NCBI GenBank assembly: GCA_964016885.1
Contig: OZ024750.1
Span: 44,888,001 to 44,952,000, forward strand
DNA length: 64,000 nt
Direction of reading: 5' to 3'
DNA from: Eledone cirrhosa
Taxonomy: Eukaryota
A program made the position numbers and the translations under genes. Positions 1 to 13,200 of this stretch are shown in pieces. The stretch's first letter is position 1, and every line of letters starts with the position of its first letter. Under the pieces are notes generated by a model. It was given only the letters and a program-made list of their open reading frames with translations. It searched no databases and was not told the DNA's origin.

Positions 1-3000
1 GTTGGTGATGGTATTGGGGTTGTTGTTGGTGATGGTATTGGTGTTGTTGTTGGTGATGGTATTGGGGTTGTTGTTGGTGATGGTATTGGGGTTGTTGTTG
101 GTGATGGTATTGGGGTTGTTGATGGTGATTGTATTGGGGTTGTTGTTGGTGATGGTATTGGTGTTGTTGTTGGTGATGGTATTGGTGTTGTTGTTGGTGA
201 TGGTATTGGGGTTGTTGTTGGTGATGGTATTGGGGTTGTTGTTGGTGATGGTATTGGGGTTGTTGTTGGTGATGGTATTGGGGTTGTTGTTGGTGATGGT
301 ATTGGGGTTGTTGATGGTGATTGTATTGGGGTTGTTGTTGGTGATGGTATTGGGGTTGTTGTTGGTGATGGTACTGGTGTTGTTGTTGGTGATGTTATTG
401 GTGTTGTTGTTGGTGATGGTATTGGGGTTGTTGATGGTGATGGTATTGGTGTTGTTGTTGGTGATGGTATTGGTGTTGTTGTTGGTGATGGTATTGGGGT
501 TGTTGTTGGTGATGGTATTGGGGTTATTGATGGTGATTGTATTGGGGTTGTTGTTGGTGATGGTATTGGTGTTGTTGTTGGTGATGGTATTGGTGTTGTT
601 GTTGGTGATGGTATTGGGGTTGTTGTTGGTGATGGTATTGGGGTTGTTGTTGGTGATGGTATTGGGGTTGTTGATGGTGATTGTATTGGGGTTGTTGTTG
701 GTGATGGTATTGGGGTTATTGATGGTGATTGTATTGGGGTTGTTGTTGGTGATGGTATTGGTGTTGTTGTTGGTGATGGTATTGGTGTTGTTGTTGGTGA
801 TGGTATTGGTGTTGTTGTTGGTGATGGTATTGGGGTTGTTGTTGGTGATGGTATTGGGGTTGTTGTTGGTGATGGTATTGGGGTTATTGATGGTGATTGT
901 ATTGGGGTTGTTGTTGGTGATGGTATTGGTGTTGTTGTTGGTGATGGTATTGGTGTTGTTGTTGGTGATGGTATTGGGGTTGTTGTTGGTGATGGTATTG
1001 GGGTTATTGATGGTGATTGTATTGGGGTTGTTGTTGGTGATGGTATTGGTGTTGTTGTTGGTGATGGTATTGGTGTTGTTGTTGGTGATGGTATTGGGGT
1101 TGTTGTTGGTGATGGTATTGGGGTTATTGATGGTGATTGTATTGGGGTTGTTGTTGGTGATGGTATTGGTGTTGTTGTTGGTGATGGTATTGGTGTTGTT
1201 GTTGGTGATGGTATTGGTGTTGTTGTTGGTGATGGTATTGGGGTTGTTGTTGGTGATGGTATTGGGGTTGTTGATGGTGATTGTATTGGGGTTGTTGTTG
1301 GTGATGGTATTGGGGTTGTTGTTGGTGATGGTACTGGTGTTGTTGTTGGTGATGTTATTGGTGTTGTTGTTGGTGATGGTATTGGGGTTGTTGATGGTGA
1401 TGGTATTGGTGTTGTTGTTGGTGATGGTATTGGTGTTGTTGTTGGTGATGTTATTGGTGTTGTTGTTGGTGATGGTATTGGGGTTGTTGATGGTGATGGT
1501 ATTGGTGTTGTTGTTGGTGATGGTATTGATGTTGTTGTTGGTGATGGTATTGGTGTTGTTGTTGGTGATGGTATTGGTGTTGTTGTTGGTGATGGTATTG
1601 GTGTTGTTGTTGGTGATGGTATTGGGGTTGTTGTTGGTGATGGTATTGGGGTTGTTGATGGTGATGGTATTGGGGTTGTTGTTGGTGATGGTATTGATGT
1701 TGTTGTTGGTGATGGTATTGGTGTTGTTGTTGGTGATGGTATTGGTGTTGTTGTTGGTGATGGTATTGGTGTTGTTGTTGGTGATGGTATTGGGGTTGTT
1801 GTTGGTGATGGTATTGGGGTTGTTGATGGTGATGGTATTGGTGTTGTTGTTGGTGATGGTATTGGGGTTGTTGTTGGTGATGGTATTGGGGTTGTTGTTG
1901 GTGATGGTATTGATGTTGTTGTTGGTGATGGTATTGATGTTGTTGTTGGTGATGGTATTGGTGTTGTTGTTGGTGATGGTATTGGTGTTGTTGTTGGTGA
2001 TGGTATTGGTGTTGTTGTTGGTGATGGTATTGGGGTTGTTGATGGTGATGGTATTGGTGTTGTTGTTGGTGATGGTATTGATGTTGTTGTTGGTGATGGT
2101 ATTGGTGTTGTTGTTGGTGATGGTATTGGTGTTGTTGTTGGTGATGGTATTGGTGTTGTTGTTGGTGATGGTATTGGGGTTGTTGTTGGTGATGGTATTG
2201 GGGTTGTTGTTGGTGATGGTACTGGTGTTGTTGTTGGTGATGTTATTGGTGTTGTTGTTGGTGATGGTATTGGGGTTGTTGATGGTGATGGTATTGGTGT
2301 TGTTGTTGGTGATGGTATTGGTGTTGTTGTTGGTGATGTTATTGGTGTTGTTGTTGGTGATGGTATTGGGGTTGTTGATGGTGATGGTATTGGTGTTGTT
2401 GTTGGTGATGGTATTGGTGTTGTTGTTGGTGATGTTATTGGTGTTGTTGTTGGTGATGGTATTGGGGTTGTTGATGGTGATGGTATTGGTGTTGTTGTTG
2501 GTGATGGTATTGGGGTTGTTGATGGTGATGGTATTGGTGTTGTTGTTGGTGATGGTATTGGGGTTGTTGTTGGTGATGGTATTGATGTTGTTGTTGGTGA
2601 TGGTATTGGTGTTGTTGTTGGTGATGTTATTGGTGTTGTTGTTGGTGATGGTATTGGGGTTGTTGATGGTGATTGTATTGGGGTTGTTGTTGGTGATGGT
2701 ATTGATGTTGTTGTTGGTGATGGTACTGGTGTTGTTGTTGGTGATGGTATTGGTGTTGTTGTAGGTGATGGTATTGGTGTTGTTGGTGATGGTATTGGTG
2801 TTGTTGTAGGTGATGGTATTGGTGTTGTTGTTGGTGATGGTATTGGTGTTGTTGTAGGTGATGGTATTGGTGTTGTTGTTGGTGATGGTATTGGTGTTGT
2901 TGTAGGTGATGGTATTGGTGTTGTTGTTGTTGATTGTATTGGTGTTGTTGTTGGTGATGGTATTGGTGTTGTTGGTGATGGTATTGGTGTTGTTGTTGGT

Positions 3001-6000
3001 GATGTTATTGGTGTTGTTGTTGGTGATGGTATTGGTGTTGTTGGTGATGGTATTGGTGTTGTTGTTGGTGATGGTATTGGTGTTGTTGGTGATGGTATTG
3101 GTGTTGTTGTTGGTGATGGTATTGGTGTTGTTGGTGATGGTATTGGTGTTGTTGTTGGTGATGGTATTGGTGTTGTTGGTGATGGTATTGTGTTGTTGTT
3201 GTTGGTGATGGTATTGGTGTTGTTGGTGATGGTATTGGTGTTGTTGTTGGTGATGGTATTGGTGTTGTTGGTGATGGTATTGGTGTTGTTGTTGGTGATG
3301 GTATTGATGTTGTTGTAGGTGATGGTATTGGTGTTGTTGGTGATGGTATTGGTGTTGTTGTTGGTGATGGTATTGGTGTTGTTGGTGATGGTATTGGTGT
3401 TGTTGGTGATGGTATTGGTGTTGTTGTTGGTGATGGTATTGGTGTTGTTGGTGATGGTATTGGTGTTGTTGTTGGTGATGGTATTGGTGTTGTTGTTGGT
3501 GATGGTATTGATGTTGTTGTAGGTGATGGTATTGGTGTTGTTGGTGATGGTATTGGTGTTGTTGTTGGTGATGGTATTGGTGTTGTTGGTGATGGTATTG
3601 GTGTTGTTGGTGATGGTATTGGTGTTGTTGTTGGTGATGGTATTGGTGTTGTTGGTGATGGTATTGGTGTTGTTGTTGGTGATGGTATTGGTGTTGTTGT
3701 TGGTGATGGTATTGATGTTGTTGTAGGTGATGGTATTGGTGTTGTTGGTGATGGTATTGGTGTTGTTGTTGGTGATGGTATTGGTGTTGTTGGTGATGGT
3801 ATTGGTGTTGTTGTTGGTGATGGTATTGGTGTTGTTGGTGATGGTATTGGTGTTGTTGTTGGTGATGGTATTGGTGTTGTTGTTGGTGATGGTATTGATG
3901 TTGTTGGTGATGGTATTGGTGTTGTTGTAGGTGATGGTATTGGTGTTGTTGTTGGTGATTGTATTTGCGTTGTTGTTGGTGATGGTATTGGTGTTGTTGT
4001 AGGTGATGGTATTGGGGTTGTTGTTGTTGATGGTATTGGGGTTGTTGTTGGTGATGGTATTGGTGTTGTTGTTGGTGATTGTATTGATGTTGTTGTTGCT
4101 GATGTTATTGGTGTTGTTGTTGGTGATGTTATTTGCGTTGTTGTTGGTGATGGTATTGGTGTTGTTGTAGGTGATGGTATTGGGGTTGTTGTTGTTGATG
4201 GTATTGGTGTTGTTGTTGGTGATTGTATTGGTGTTGTTGTTGGTGATGGTATTGGTGTTGTTGTTGGTGATGTTATTTGCGTTGTTGTTGGTGATGGTAT
4301 TGGTGTTGTTGTTGGTGATTGTATTGGTGTTGTTGTTGGTGATGGTATTGGTGTTGTTGTTGGTGATGGTATTGGTGTTGTTGTTGGTGATTGTATTGGT
4401 GTTGTTGTTGGTGATGGTATTGGTGTTGTTGTTGGTGATGGTATTGGTGTTGTTGTTGGTGATGTTATTTGCGTTGTTGTTGGTGATGGTATTGGTGTTG
4501 TTGTTGGTGATGGTATTGATGTTGTTGTAGGTGATGGTATTGGGGTTGTTGTTGTTGATGGTATTGGTGTTGTTGTTGGTGATGGTATTGGTGTTGTTGT
4601 TGGTGATGGTATTGGTGTTGTTGTTGGTGATTGTATTGGTGTTGTTGTTGGTGATGGTATTGGTGTTGTTGTTGGTGATGGTATTGGTGTTGTTGTTGGT
4701 GATGGTATTGGTGTTGTTGTTGGTGATGGTATTGATGTTGTTGTTGGTGATGGTATTGGTGTTGTTGTTGGTGATGTTATTTGCGTTGTTGTTGGTGATG
4801 GTATTGGTGTTGTTGTAGGTGATGGTATTGGGGTTGTTGTTGTTGATGGTATTGGGGTTGTTGTTGGTGATGGTATTGGTGTTGTTGTTGGTGATTGTAT
4901 TGATGTTGTTGTTGCTGATGTTATTGGTGTTGTTGTTGGTGATGGTATTGGTGTTGTTGTTGGTGATGGTATTGGTGTTGTTGTTGGTGATGGTATTGAT
5001 GTTGTTGTTGGTGATGGTATTGGTGTTGTTGTTGGTGATGGTATTGGTGTTGTTGTTGGTGATGGTATTGGTGTTGTTGTTGGTGATTGTATTGATGTTG
5101 TTGTTGCTGATGTTATTGGTGTTGTTGTTGGTGATGGTATTGGTGTTGTTGTTGGTGATGGTATTGGTGTTGTTGTTGGTGATGGTATTGATGTTGTTGT
5201 TGGTGATGGTATTGGTGTTGTTGTTGGTGATTGTATTGATGTTGTTGTTGCTGATGTTATTGGTGTTGTTGTTGGTGATGGTATTTGCGTTGTTGTTGGT
5301 GATGGTATTGGTGTTGTTGTTGGTGATTGTATTGATGTTGTTGTTGGTGATGTTATTTGCGTTGTTGTTGGTGATGGTATTGGTGTTGTTGTTGGTGATG
5401 GTATTGATGTTGTTGTTGGTGATGGTATTGGGGTTGTTGTTGGTGATGGTATTGGTGTTGTTGTTGTTGATGGTATCGATGTTGTTGTTGGTGATGGCAT
5501 TGTTGTTGTTGTTGTTGATGGTATTGGTGTTGTTGGTGATGGTATTGGTGTTGTTGTTGTTGATGGTATTGGTGTTGTTGTTGGTGATGGTATCGATGTT
5601 GTTGTTGGTGATTGTATCGATGTTGTTGTTGGTGATTGTATTGGTGTTGTTGTTGGTGATGGTATTGGTGTTGTTGTTGGTGATTGTATTGATGTTGTTG
5701 TTGGTGATGGTATTGGTGTTGTTGTTGTTGATGGTATTGGTGTTGTTGTTGGTGATGGTATCGATGTTGTTGTTGGTGATGGCATTGTTGTTGTTGTTGT
5801 TGATGGTATTGGTGTTGTTGTTGGTGATGGTATCGATGTTGTTGTTGGTGATTGTATCGATGTTGTTGTTGGTGATGGTATTGGGGTTGTTGTTGGTGAT
5901 GGTATTGATGTTGTTGTTGGTGATGGTATTGGTGTTGTTGTTGGTGATGGTATCGATGTTGTTGTTGGTGATTGTATTGGTGTTGTTGTTGGTGATGGTA

Positions 6001-7515
6001 TTGGTGTTGTTGTTGTTGATGGTATTGGTGTTGTTGTTGGTGATGGTATCGATGTTGTTGTTGGTGATGGTATTGGTGTTGTTGTTGGTGATGGTATTGG
6101 TGTTGTTGTTGGTGATGGTATTGGTGTTGTTGTTGGTGATTGTATTGGTGTTGTTGTTGGTGATGGTATTGGTGTTGTTGTTGGTGATTGTATTGGTGTT
6201 GTTGTTGGTGATGGTATTGGGGTTGTTGTTGGTGATGTTATTTGTGTTGTTGTTGGTGATGGTATTGGGGTTGTTGTTGGTGATGGTATTGGTGTTGTTG
6301 TTGGTGATTGTATTGATGTTGTTGTTGGTGATGGTATTGGTGTTGTTGTTGGTGATGGTATTGGTGTTGTTGTTGGTGATTGTATTGATGTTGTTGTTGG
6401 TGATGGTATTGGTGTTGTTGTTGGTGATTGTATTGATGTTGTTGTTGGTGATGGTATTGGTGTTGTTGTTGGTGATGGTATTGGGGTTGTTGTTGGTGAT
6501 GGTATTGGTGTTGTTGTTGGTGATTGTATTGATGTTGTTGTTGGTGATGGTATTGGTGTTGTTGTTGGTGATGGTATTGGGGTTGTTGTTGGTGATGGTA
6601 TTGGTGTTGTTGTTGGTGATTGTATTGATGTTGTTGTTGGTGATGGTATTGGTGTTGTTGTTGGTGATGGTATTGATGTTGTTGTTGGTGATGGTATTGG
6701 TGTTGTTGTTGGTGATTGTATTGATGTTGTTGTTGGTGATGGTATTGGTGTTGTTGTTGGTGATTGTATTGATGTTGTTGTTGGTGATGGTATTGGTGTT
6801 GTTGTTGGTGATGGTATTGGTGTTGTTGTTGGTGATTGTATTGATGTTGTTGTTGGTGATGGTATTGATGTTGTTGTTGGTGATGGTATTGGTGTTGTTG
6901 TTGGTGATTGTATTGATGTTGTTGTTGGTGATGGTATTGGTGTTGTTGTTGGTGATGGTATTGGGGTTGTTGTTGGTGATGGTATTGGTGTTGTTGTTGG
7001 TGATTGTATTGATGTTGTTGTTGGTGATGGTATTGGTGTTGTTGTTGGTGATGGTATTGGTGTTGTTGTTGGTGATTGTATTGATGTTGTTGTTGGTGAT
7101 GGTATTGATGTTGTTGTTGGTGATGGTATTGGTGTTGTTGTTGGTGATTGTATTGATGTTGTTGTTGGTGATGGTATTGATGTTGTTGTTGGTGATGGTA
7201 TTGGTGTTGTTGTTGGTGATTGTATTGGTGTTGTTGTTGGTGATGGTATTGGGGTTGTTGTTGGTGATGGTATTGGTGTTGTTGTTGGTGATTGTATTGA
7301 TGTTGTTGTTGGTGATGGTATTGGTGTTGTTGTTGGTGATGGTATTGGGGTTGTTGTTGGTGATGGTATTGGTGTTGTTGTTGGTGATTGTATTGATGTT
7401 GTTGTTGGTGATGGTATTGGTGTTGTTGTTGGTGATGGTATTGGTGTTGTTGTTGGTGATTGTATTGGTGTTGTTGTTGGTGATGGTATTGGGGTTGTTG
7501 TTGGTGATGGTATTG
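1..7515 (-). CDS. Distal [16 protein letters not shown] mucin-type repeat frame (possible continuation of the same exon)
   Basis: Clean in-phase units with one frame change near 3,190. ORF 3005..5785 translates as PTS repeats. It is separated from the upstream block by indel-rich sequence and a gap, so continuity is unproven. Confidence 0.4.
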
Positions 7516-10004
7516 GGTTGTTGTTGGTGATGTTATTGTGTTGTTGTTGGTGATGGTATTGGTGTTGTTGTTGGTGATGGTATCGATGTTGTTGTTGGTG
7601 ATGGTATTGATGTTGTTGTTGGTGATGGTATTGGTGTTGTTGTTGGTGATTGTATTGATGTTGTTGTTGGTGATGGTATTGGTGTTGTTGTTGGTGATGG
7701 TATTGGTGTTGTTGTTGGTGATTGTATTGGGGTTGTTGTTGGTGATGGTATTTGTGTTGTTGTTGGTGATGGTATTGGGGTTGTTGTTGGTGATGTTATT
7801 TGTGTTGTTGTTGGTGATGGTATTGGGGTTGTTGTTGGTGATGTTATTTGTGTTGTTGTTGGTGATGGCATTGGTGTTGTTGTTGGTGATGGTATTCGTG
7901 TTGTGGTTGTTGATGGTATCGATGTTGTTGTTGGTGATTGTATTGGTGTTGTTGTTGGTGATGGTATCGATGTTGTTGTTGGTGATTGTATTGGTGTTGT
8001 TGTTGGTGATGGTATTGGGGTTGTTGTTGGTGATGGTATTGTGTTGTTGTTGGTGATGGATTGGTGTTGTTGTTGGTGATGGTATTGATGTTGTTGTTGT
8101 TGATGGTATCGATGTTGTTGTTGGTGATTGTATTGGTGTTGTTGTTGGTGATGGTATTGGGGTTGTTGTTGGTGATGGTATTGGTGTTGTTGTTGGTGAT
8201 GGTATTGATGTTGTTGTTGTTGATGGTATCGATGTTGTTGTTGGTGATTGTATTGGTGTTGTTGTTGGTGATGGTATTGGGGTTGTTGTTGGTGATGGTA
8301 TTGGTGTTGTTGTTGGTGATGGTATTGATGTTGTTGTTGTTGATGGTATCGATGTTGTTGTTGGTGATTGTATTGGTGTTGTTGTTGGTGATGGTATTGG
8401 TGTTGTTGTTGGTGATGGTATTGATGTTGTTGTTGGTGATGGTATTGGGGTTGTTGTTGGTGATGGTATTGGGTGTTGTTGTTGGTGATGGTATTGGTGT
8501 TGTTGTTGGTGATGGTATTGGGTTGTTGTTGGTGATTGTATTGATGTTGTTGTTGGTGATGGTATTGGGGTTGTTGTTGGTGATGGTATTGGGGTTGTTG
8601 TTGGTGATGGTATTGGTGTTGTTGTTGGTGATGGTATTGGTGTTGTTGTTGGTGATGGTATTGGTGTTGTTGTTGGTGATGGTATTGGTGTTGTTGTTGG
8701 TGATGGTATTGGTGTTGTTGTTGGTGATGGTATTGTGTTGTTGTTGGTGATGGTATTGGTGTTGTTGTTGGTGATGGTATTGGGTTGTTGTTGGTGATGG
8801 TATTGGTGTTGTTGTTGGTGATGGTATTGATGTTGTTGTTGGTGATGGTATTGGGTTGTTGTTGGTGATGGTATTGGTGTTGTTGTTGGTGATGGTATTG
8901 ATGTTGTTGTTGGTGATGGTATTGGTGTTGTTGTTGGTGATGGTATTGGTGTTGTTGTTGGTGATGGTATTGGTGTTGTTGTTGGTGATGGTATTGGTGT
9001 TGTTGTTGGTGATGGTATTGTGTTGTTGTTGGTGATGGTATTGGGGTTGTTGTTGGTGATGGTATTGGGGTTGTTGTTGGTGATGGTATTGGTGTTGTTG
9101 TTGGTGATGGTATTGGTGTTGTTGTTGGTGATGGTATTGGTGTTGTTGTTGGTGATGGTATTGGTGTTGTTGTTGGTGATGGTATTGGTGTTGTTGTTGG
9201 TGATGGTATTGGTGTTGTTGTTGGTGTTGGTATTGGTGTTGTTGTTGGTGATGTTATTGATGTTGTTGTTGGTGATGGTATTGGTGTTGTTGTTGGTGAT
9301 GGTTTTGGTGTTGTTGTTGGTGATGGTATTGGGGTTGTTGTTGGTGATGGTATTGGGGTTGTTGTTGGTGTGTTTGTGTTGTTGTTGGTGATGGTATTGG
9401 GGTTGTTGTTGGTGATGGTATTGGTGTTGTTGTTGGTGATGGTATTGGGTGTTGTTGTTGGTGATGGTATTGATGTTGTTGTTGGTGATGGTATTGGTGT
9501 TGTTGTTGGTGATGGTATTGGGTTGTTGTTGGTGATGGTATTGGGGTTGTTGTTGGTGATGTTATTGTGTTGTTGTTGGTGATGGTTGATGTTGTTGTTG
9601 GTGATTGTATTGGTGTTGTTGTTGGTGATGGTATTGGGGTTGTTGTTGGTGATGGTATTGATGTTGTTGTTGTTGATGGTATGATGTTGTTGTTGGTGAT
9701 TGTATTGGTGTTGTTGTTGGTGATGGTATTGGGGTTGTTGTTGGTGATGGTATTGGTGTTGTTGTTGGTGATGGTATTGATGTTGTTGTTGGTGATGGTA
9801 TTGGGTTGTTGTTGGTGATGGTATGGGGTTGTTGTTGGTGATGGTATTTGTGTTGTTGTTGGTGATGGTATTGGGGTTGTTGTTGGTGATGTATTTGTGT
9901 TGTTGTTTGGTGATGGTATTGGTGTTGTTGTTGGTGATGGTATTGATGTTGTTGTTGGTGATGGTATTGGTGTTGTTGTTGGTGATGGTATTGATGTTGT
10001 TGTT

Positions 10005-10204
10005 NNNNNNNNNNNNNNNNNNNNNNNNNNNNNNNNNNNNNNNNNNNNNNNNNNNNNNNNNNNNNNNNNNNNNNNNNNNNNNNNNNNNNNNNNNNNNNNN
10101 NNNNNNNNNNNNNNNNNNNNNNNNNNNNNNNNNNNNNNNNNNNNNNNNNNNNNNNNNNNNNNNNNNNNNNNNNNNNNNNNNNNNNNNNNNNNNNNNNNNN
10201 NNNN
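10005..10204. other. Assembly gap (200 N) flanked by indel-rich, probably poorly polished sequence (about 7.5-18 kb)
   Basis: Run of N. Single-base deletions are dense on both sides of the gap compared with 1-7.5 kb and 18.3-35.9 kb. Confidence 0.97.
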
Positions 10205-13200
10205 GGGTGATGGTATTGGGGTTGTTGTTGGTGATGGTATTGGTGTTGTTGTTGGTGATGGTATTGATGTTGTTGTTGGTGATGGTAGTGGTGTTTGTTG
10301 TTGGTGATGGTATTGGGGTGTTGTGGTGATGGTATTGGGGGGTGGTTGTTGGTGATGGTATTGGTGTTGTTGTTGGTGATGGTATGGATGGTGGTGTTGG
10401 TGATGGTATTGGTGTGGTTGTTGGTGATGGTATTGGGGTTGTTGTTGGTGATGGTATTGGTGTGTTGTTGGTGATGGTATTGATGTGTTGTTGGTGATGG
10501 TATTGGGTTGTTGTTGGTGATGGTATTGGGGTTGTTGTTGGTGATGGTATTGGGGTTGTTGTTGGTGATGGTATTGTGTTGTTGTTGGTGATGGTATTGA
10601 TGTTGTTGTTGGTGATGGTATTGGGTTGTTGTTGGTGATGGTATTGGGGTTGTTGTTGGTGATGGTATTGGTGTTGTTGTTGGTGATGGTATTGGTGTTG
10701 TTGTTGGTGATGGTATTGGGGTTGTTGTTGGTGATGGTATTGGTGTGTTGTTGGTGATGGTATTGGGTTGTTGTTGGTGATGGTATTGGTGTGGTTGTTG
10801 GTGATGGTATTGGTGTTGTTGTTGGTGATGGTATTGGTGTTGTTGTTGGTGATGGTATTGGGGTGGTGTTGGTGATGGTATTGGTGTGTTGTTGGTGATG
10901 GTATTGGTGTTGTTGTTGGTGATGGTATGGGGTTGTTGTGGTGATGGTATTGGTGTTGTTGTGGTGATGGTATTGGGGTTGTTGTTGGTGATGGTATTGG
11001 GGTTGTTGTTGGTGATGGTATTGGTGTGGTTGTTGGTGATGGTATTGGGGGTTGTTGTTGGTGATGGTATTGGTGTTGTTGTTGGTGATGGTATTGGTGT
11101 TGTTGTTGGTGATGGTATTGGGGTTGTTGTTGGTGATGGTATTGGTGTTGTTGTTGGTGATGGTATTGGTGTTGTTGTTGGTGATGGTATTGGTGTTGTT
11201 GTTGGTGATGGTATGGGGTTGTTGTTGGTGATGGTATTGGTGTTGTTGTGGTGATGGTATTGGTGTTGTTGTTGGTGATGGTATTGGGGTTGTTGTTGGT
11301 GATGGTATTGGTGTGGTGTTGGTGTTGGTTGGTGGGTTGTGGGGTTGTTGGTGATGGTATTGGTGTTGGTTGTGGGTGGTATTGGTTGTTGTGGTGTGGT
11401 ATTGGGGTTGTGGGTGTTGGTATTGGTGTTGTGTGGTGATGGTATTGGGGTTGTTGTTGGTGATGGTATTGGTGTGGTTGTGGTGATGGTATTGGGGGTT
11501 GTTGTTGGTGATGGTATTGGTGTGGTTGTTGGTGATGGTATTGGTGTTGTTGTTGGTGATGGTTTGGGGTTGTTGTTGGTGATGGTATTGGGGTTGTTGT
11601 GGGTGTGGTATTGGTGTGGTTGTTGGTGATGGTATTGGTGTTGTTGTTGGTGATGGTATTGGTGTTGTGTTGGTGATGGTATTGGGGTTGTTGTTGGTGA
11701 TGGTATTGGTGTTGTTGTTGGTGATGGTATTGATGTTGTTGTTGGTGATGGTATTGGTGTGTTGTTGGTGTGGTTTGGTGTGGTTGTGGGGATGGTATTG
11801 GGGTGGTTGTTGGTGTGGTATTGGTGTTGTTGTTGGTGATGGTATTGGGTGGTGTTGGTGATGGTATTGGTGTTGTTGTTGGTGATGGTATTGGTGTGGT
11901 TGTTGGTGATGGTATGGTGTGGTTGTTGGTGATGGTATTGGTGTTGGTGTTGGTGATGGTATTGGTGTTGTTGTGGTGATGGTATTGGGGTTGTTGTGGG
12001 TGTGGTATTGGGGTTGTTGTTGGTGATGGTATTGGTGTGGTTGTGGTGATGGTTGGTGTGGTTGTTGGTGATGGTTTGGGGTGTTGTTGTGATGGTATTG
12101 GTGTTGTTGTTGGTGTGGTATGGTGTTGTTGTGGTGATGGTATGGTGTTGTTGTTGGTGATGGTTTGGTGTTGTTGTTGGTGATGGTGTGGGGTTGTTGT
12201 GGTGTTGTGTTGGGGTTGTTGTGGTGTGGTTTGTGTTGTTGTGGGTGTGGTGTTGGTGTGGTGTTGGTGTGGTATTGGTGTTGTTGTTGGTGATGGTATT
12301 GGGGTTGTTGGTGGTGTGGTATTGGGGTTGTTGTTGGTGTTGTATTGTGGTTGTTGTTGGTGATGGTATGGTGTTGTTGTTGGTGATGGTATGGTGTTGT
12401 TGTAGGTGATGGTGTTGGTGTTGTTGTTGGTGATGGTTTGGTGTTGTTGTTGGTGATGGTATTGGGGTTGTTGTTGGTGATTGTATTGGTGTTGTTGTGG
12501 GTGATGGTATTGGTGGTGTTGTGGTGTGGTTTTGGTGTTGTTGTAGGTGATGGTATTGGTGTTGTTGTTGGTGATGGTATGGGTGTTGGTTGTTGGTGTG
12601 GTATGGGGGTGTTGTTGGTGGTTGTATTGTGTTGTTGTAGGTGATGGTATTGGGTGTGTTGTGGTGTGGTATGTGTTGTGGTGGTGTGGTATTGGTGTTG
12701 TTGTTGGTGATGGTATGGTGTTGTTGTTGGTGTGGTATTGGGGTGTTTGTTGGTGATGGTATTGGGGATGTTGTTGGTGATGGTATTCATGTTGTTGTAG
12801 GTGATGGTATTGATGTTGTTGTAGGTGATGGTATTGGTGTTGTTGTTGGTGATGGTACTGGTGTTGTTGTTGGTGATGGTATTGGTGTTGTTGTTGGTGA
12901 TGGTATTGGGATGTTGTTGGTGATGGTATTGATGTTGTTGTTGGTGATGGTATTGGGGTTGTTGTTGTTGATTGTATTGGTGTTGTTGTTGGTGATGGTA
13001 TTGGTGTTGTTGTTGGTGATGGTATTGGGGTGTTTGTTGGTGATGGTATTGGGTTGTTGTTGTTGATGGTATTGGTGTTGTTGTTGGTGATGGTATTGGG
13101 GTTGTTGTTGTTGATTGTATTGGTGTTGTTGTTGGTGATGGTATTGATGTTGTTGTTGGTGATGGTATTGGTGTTGTTGTTGGTGATGGTATTGGTGTGG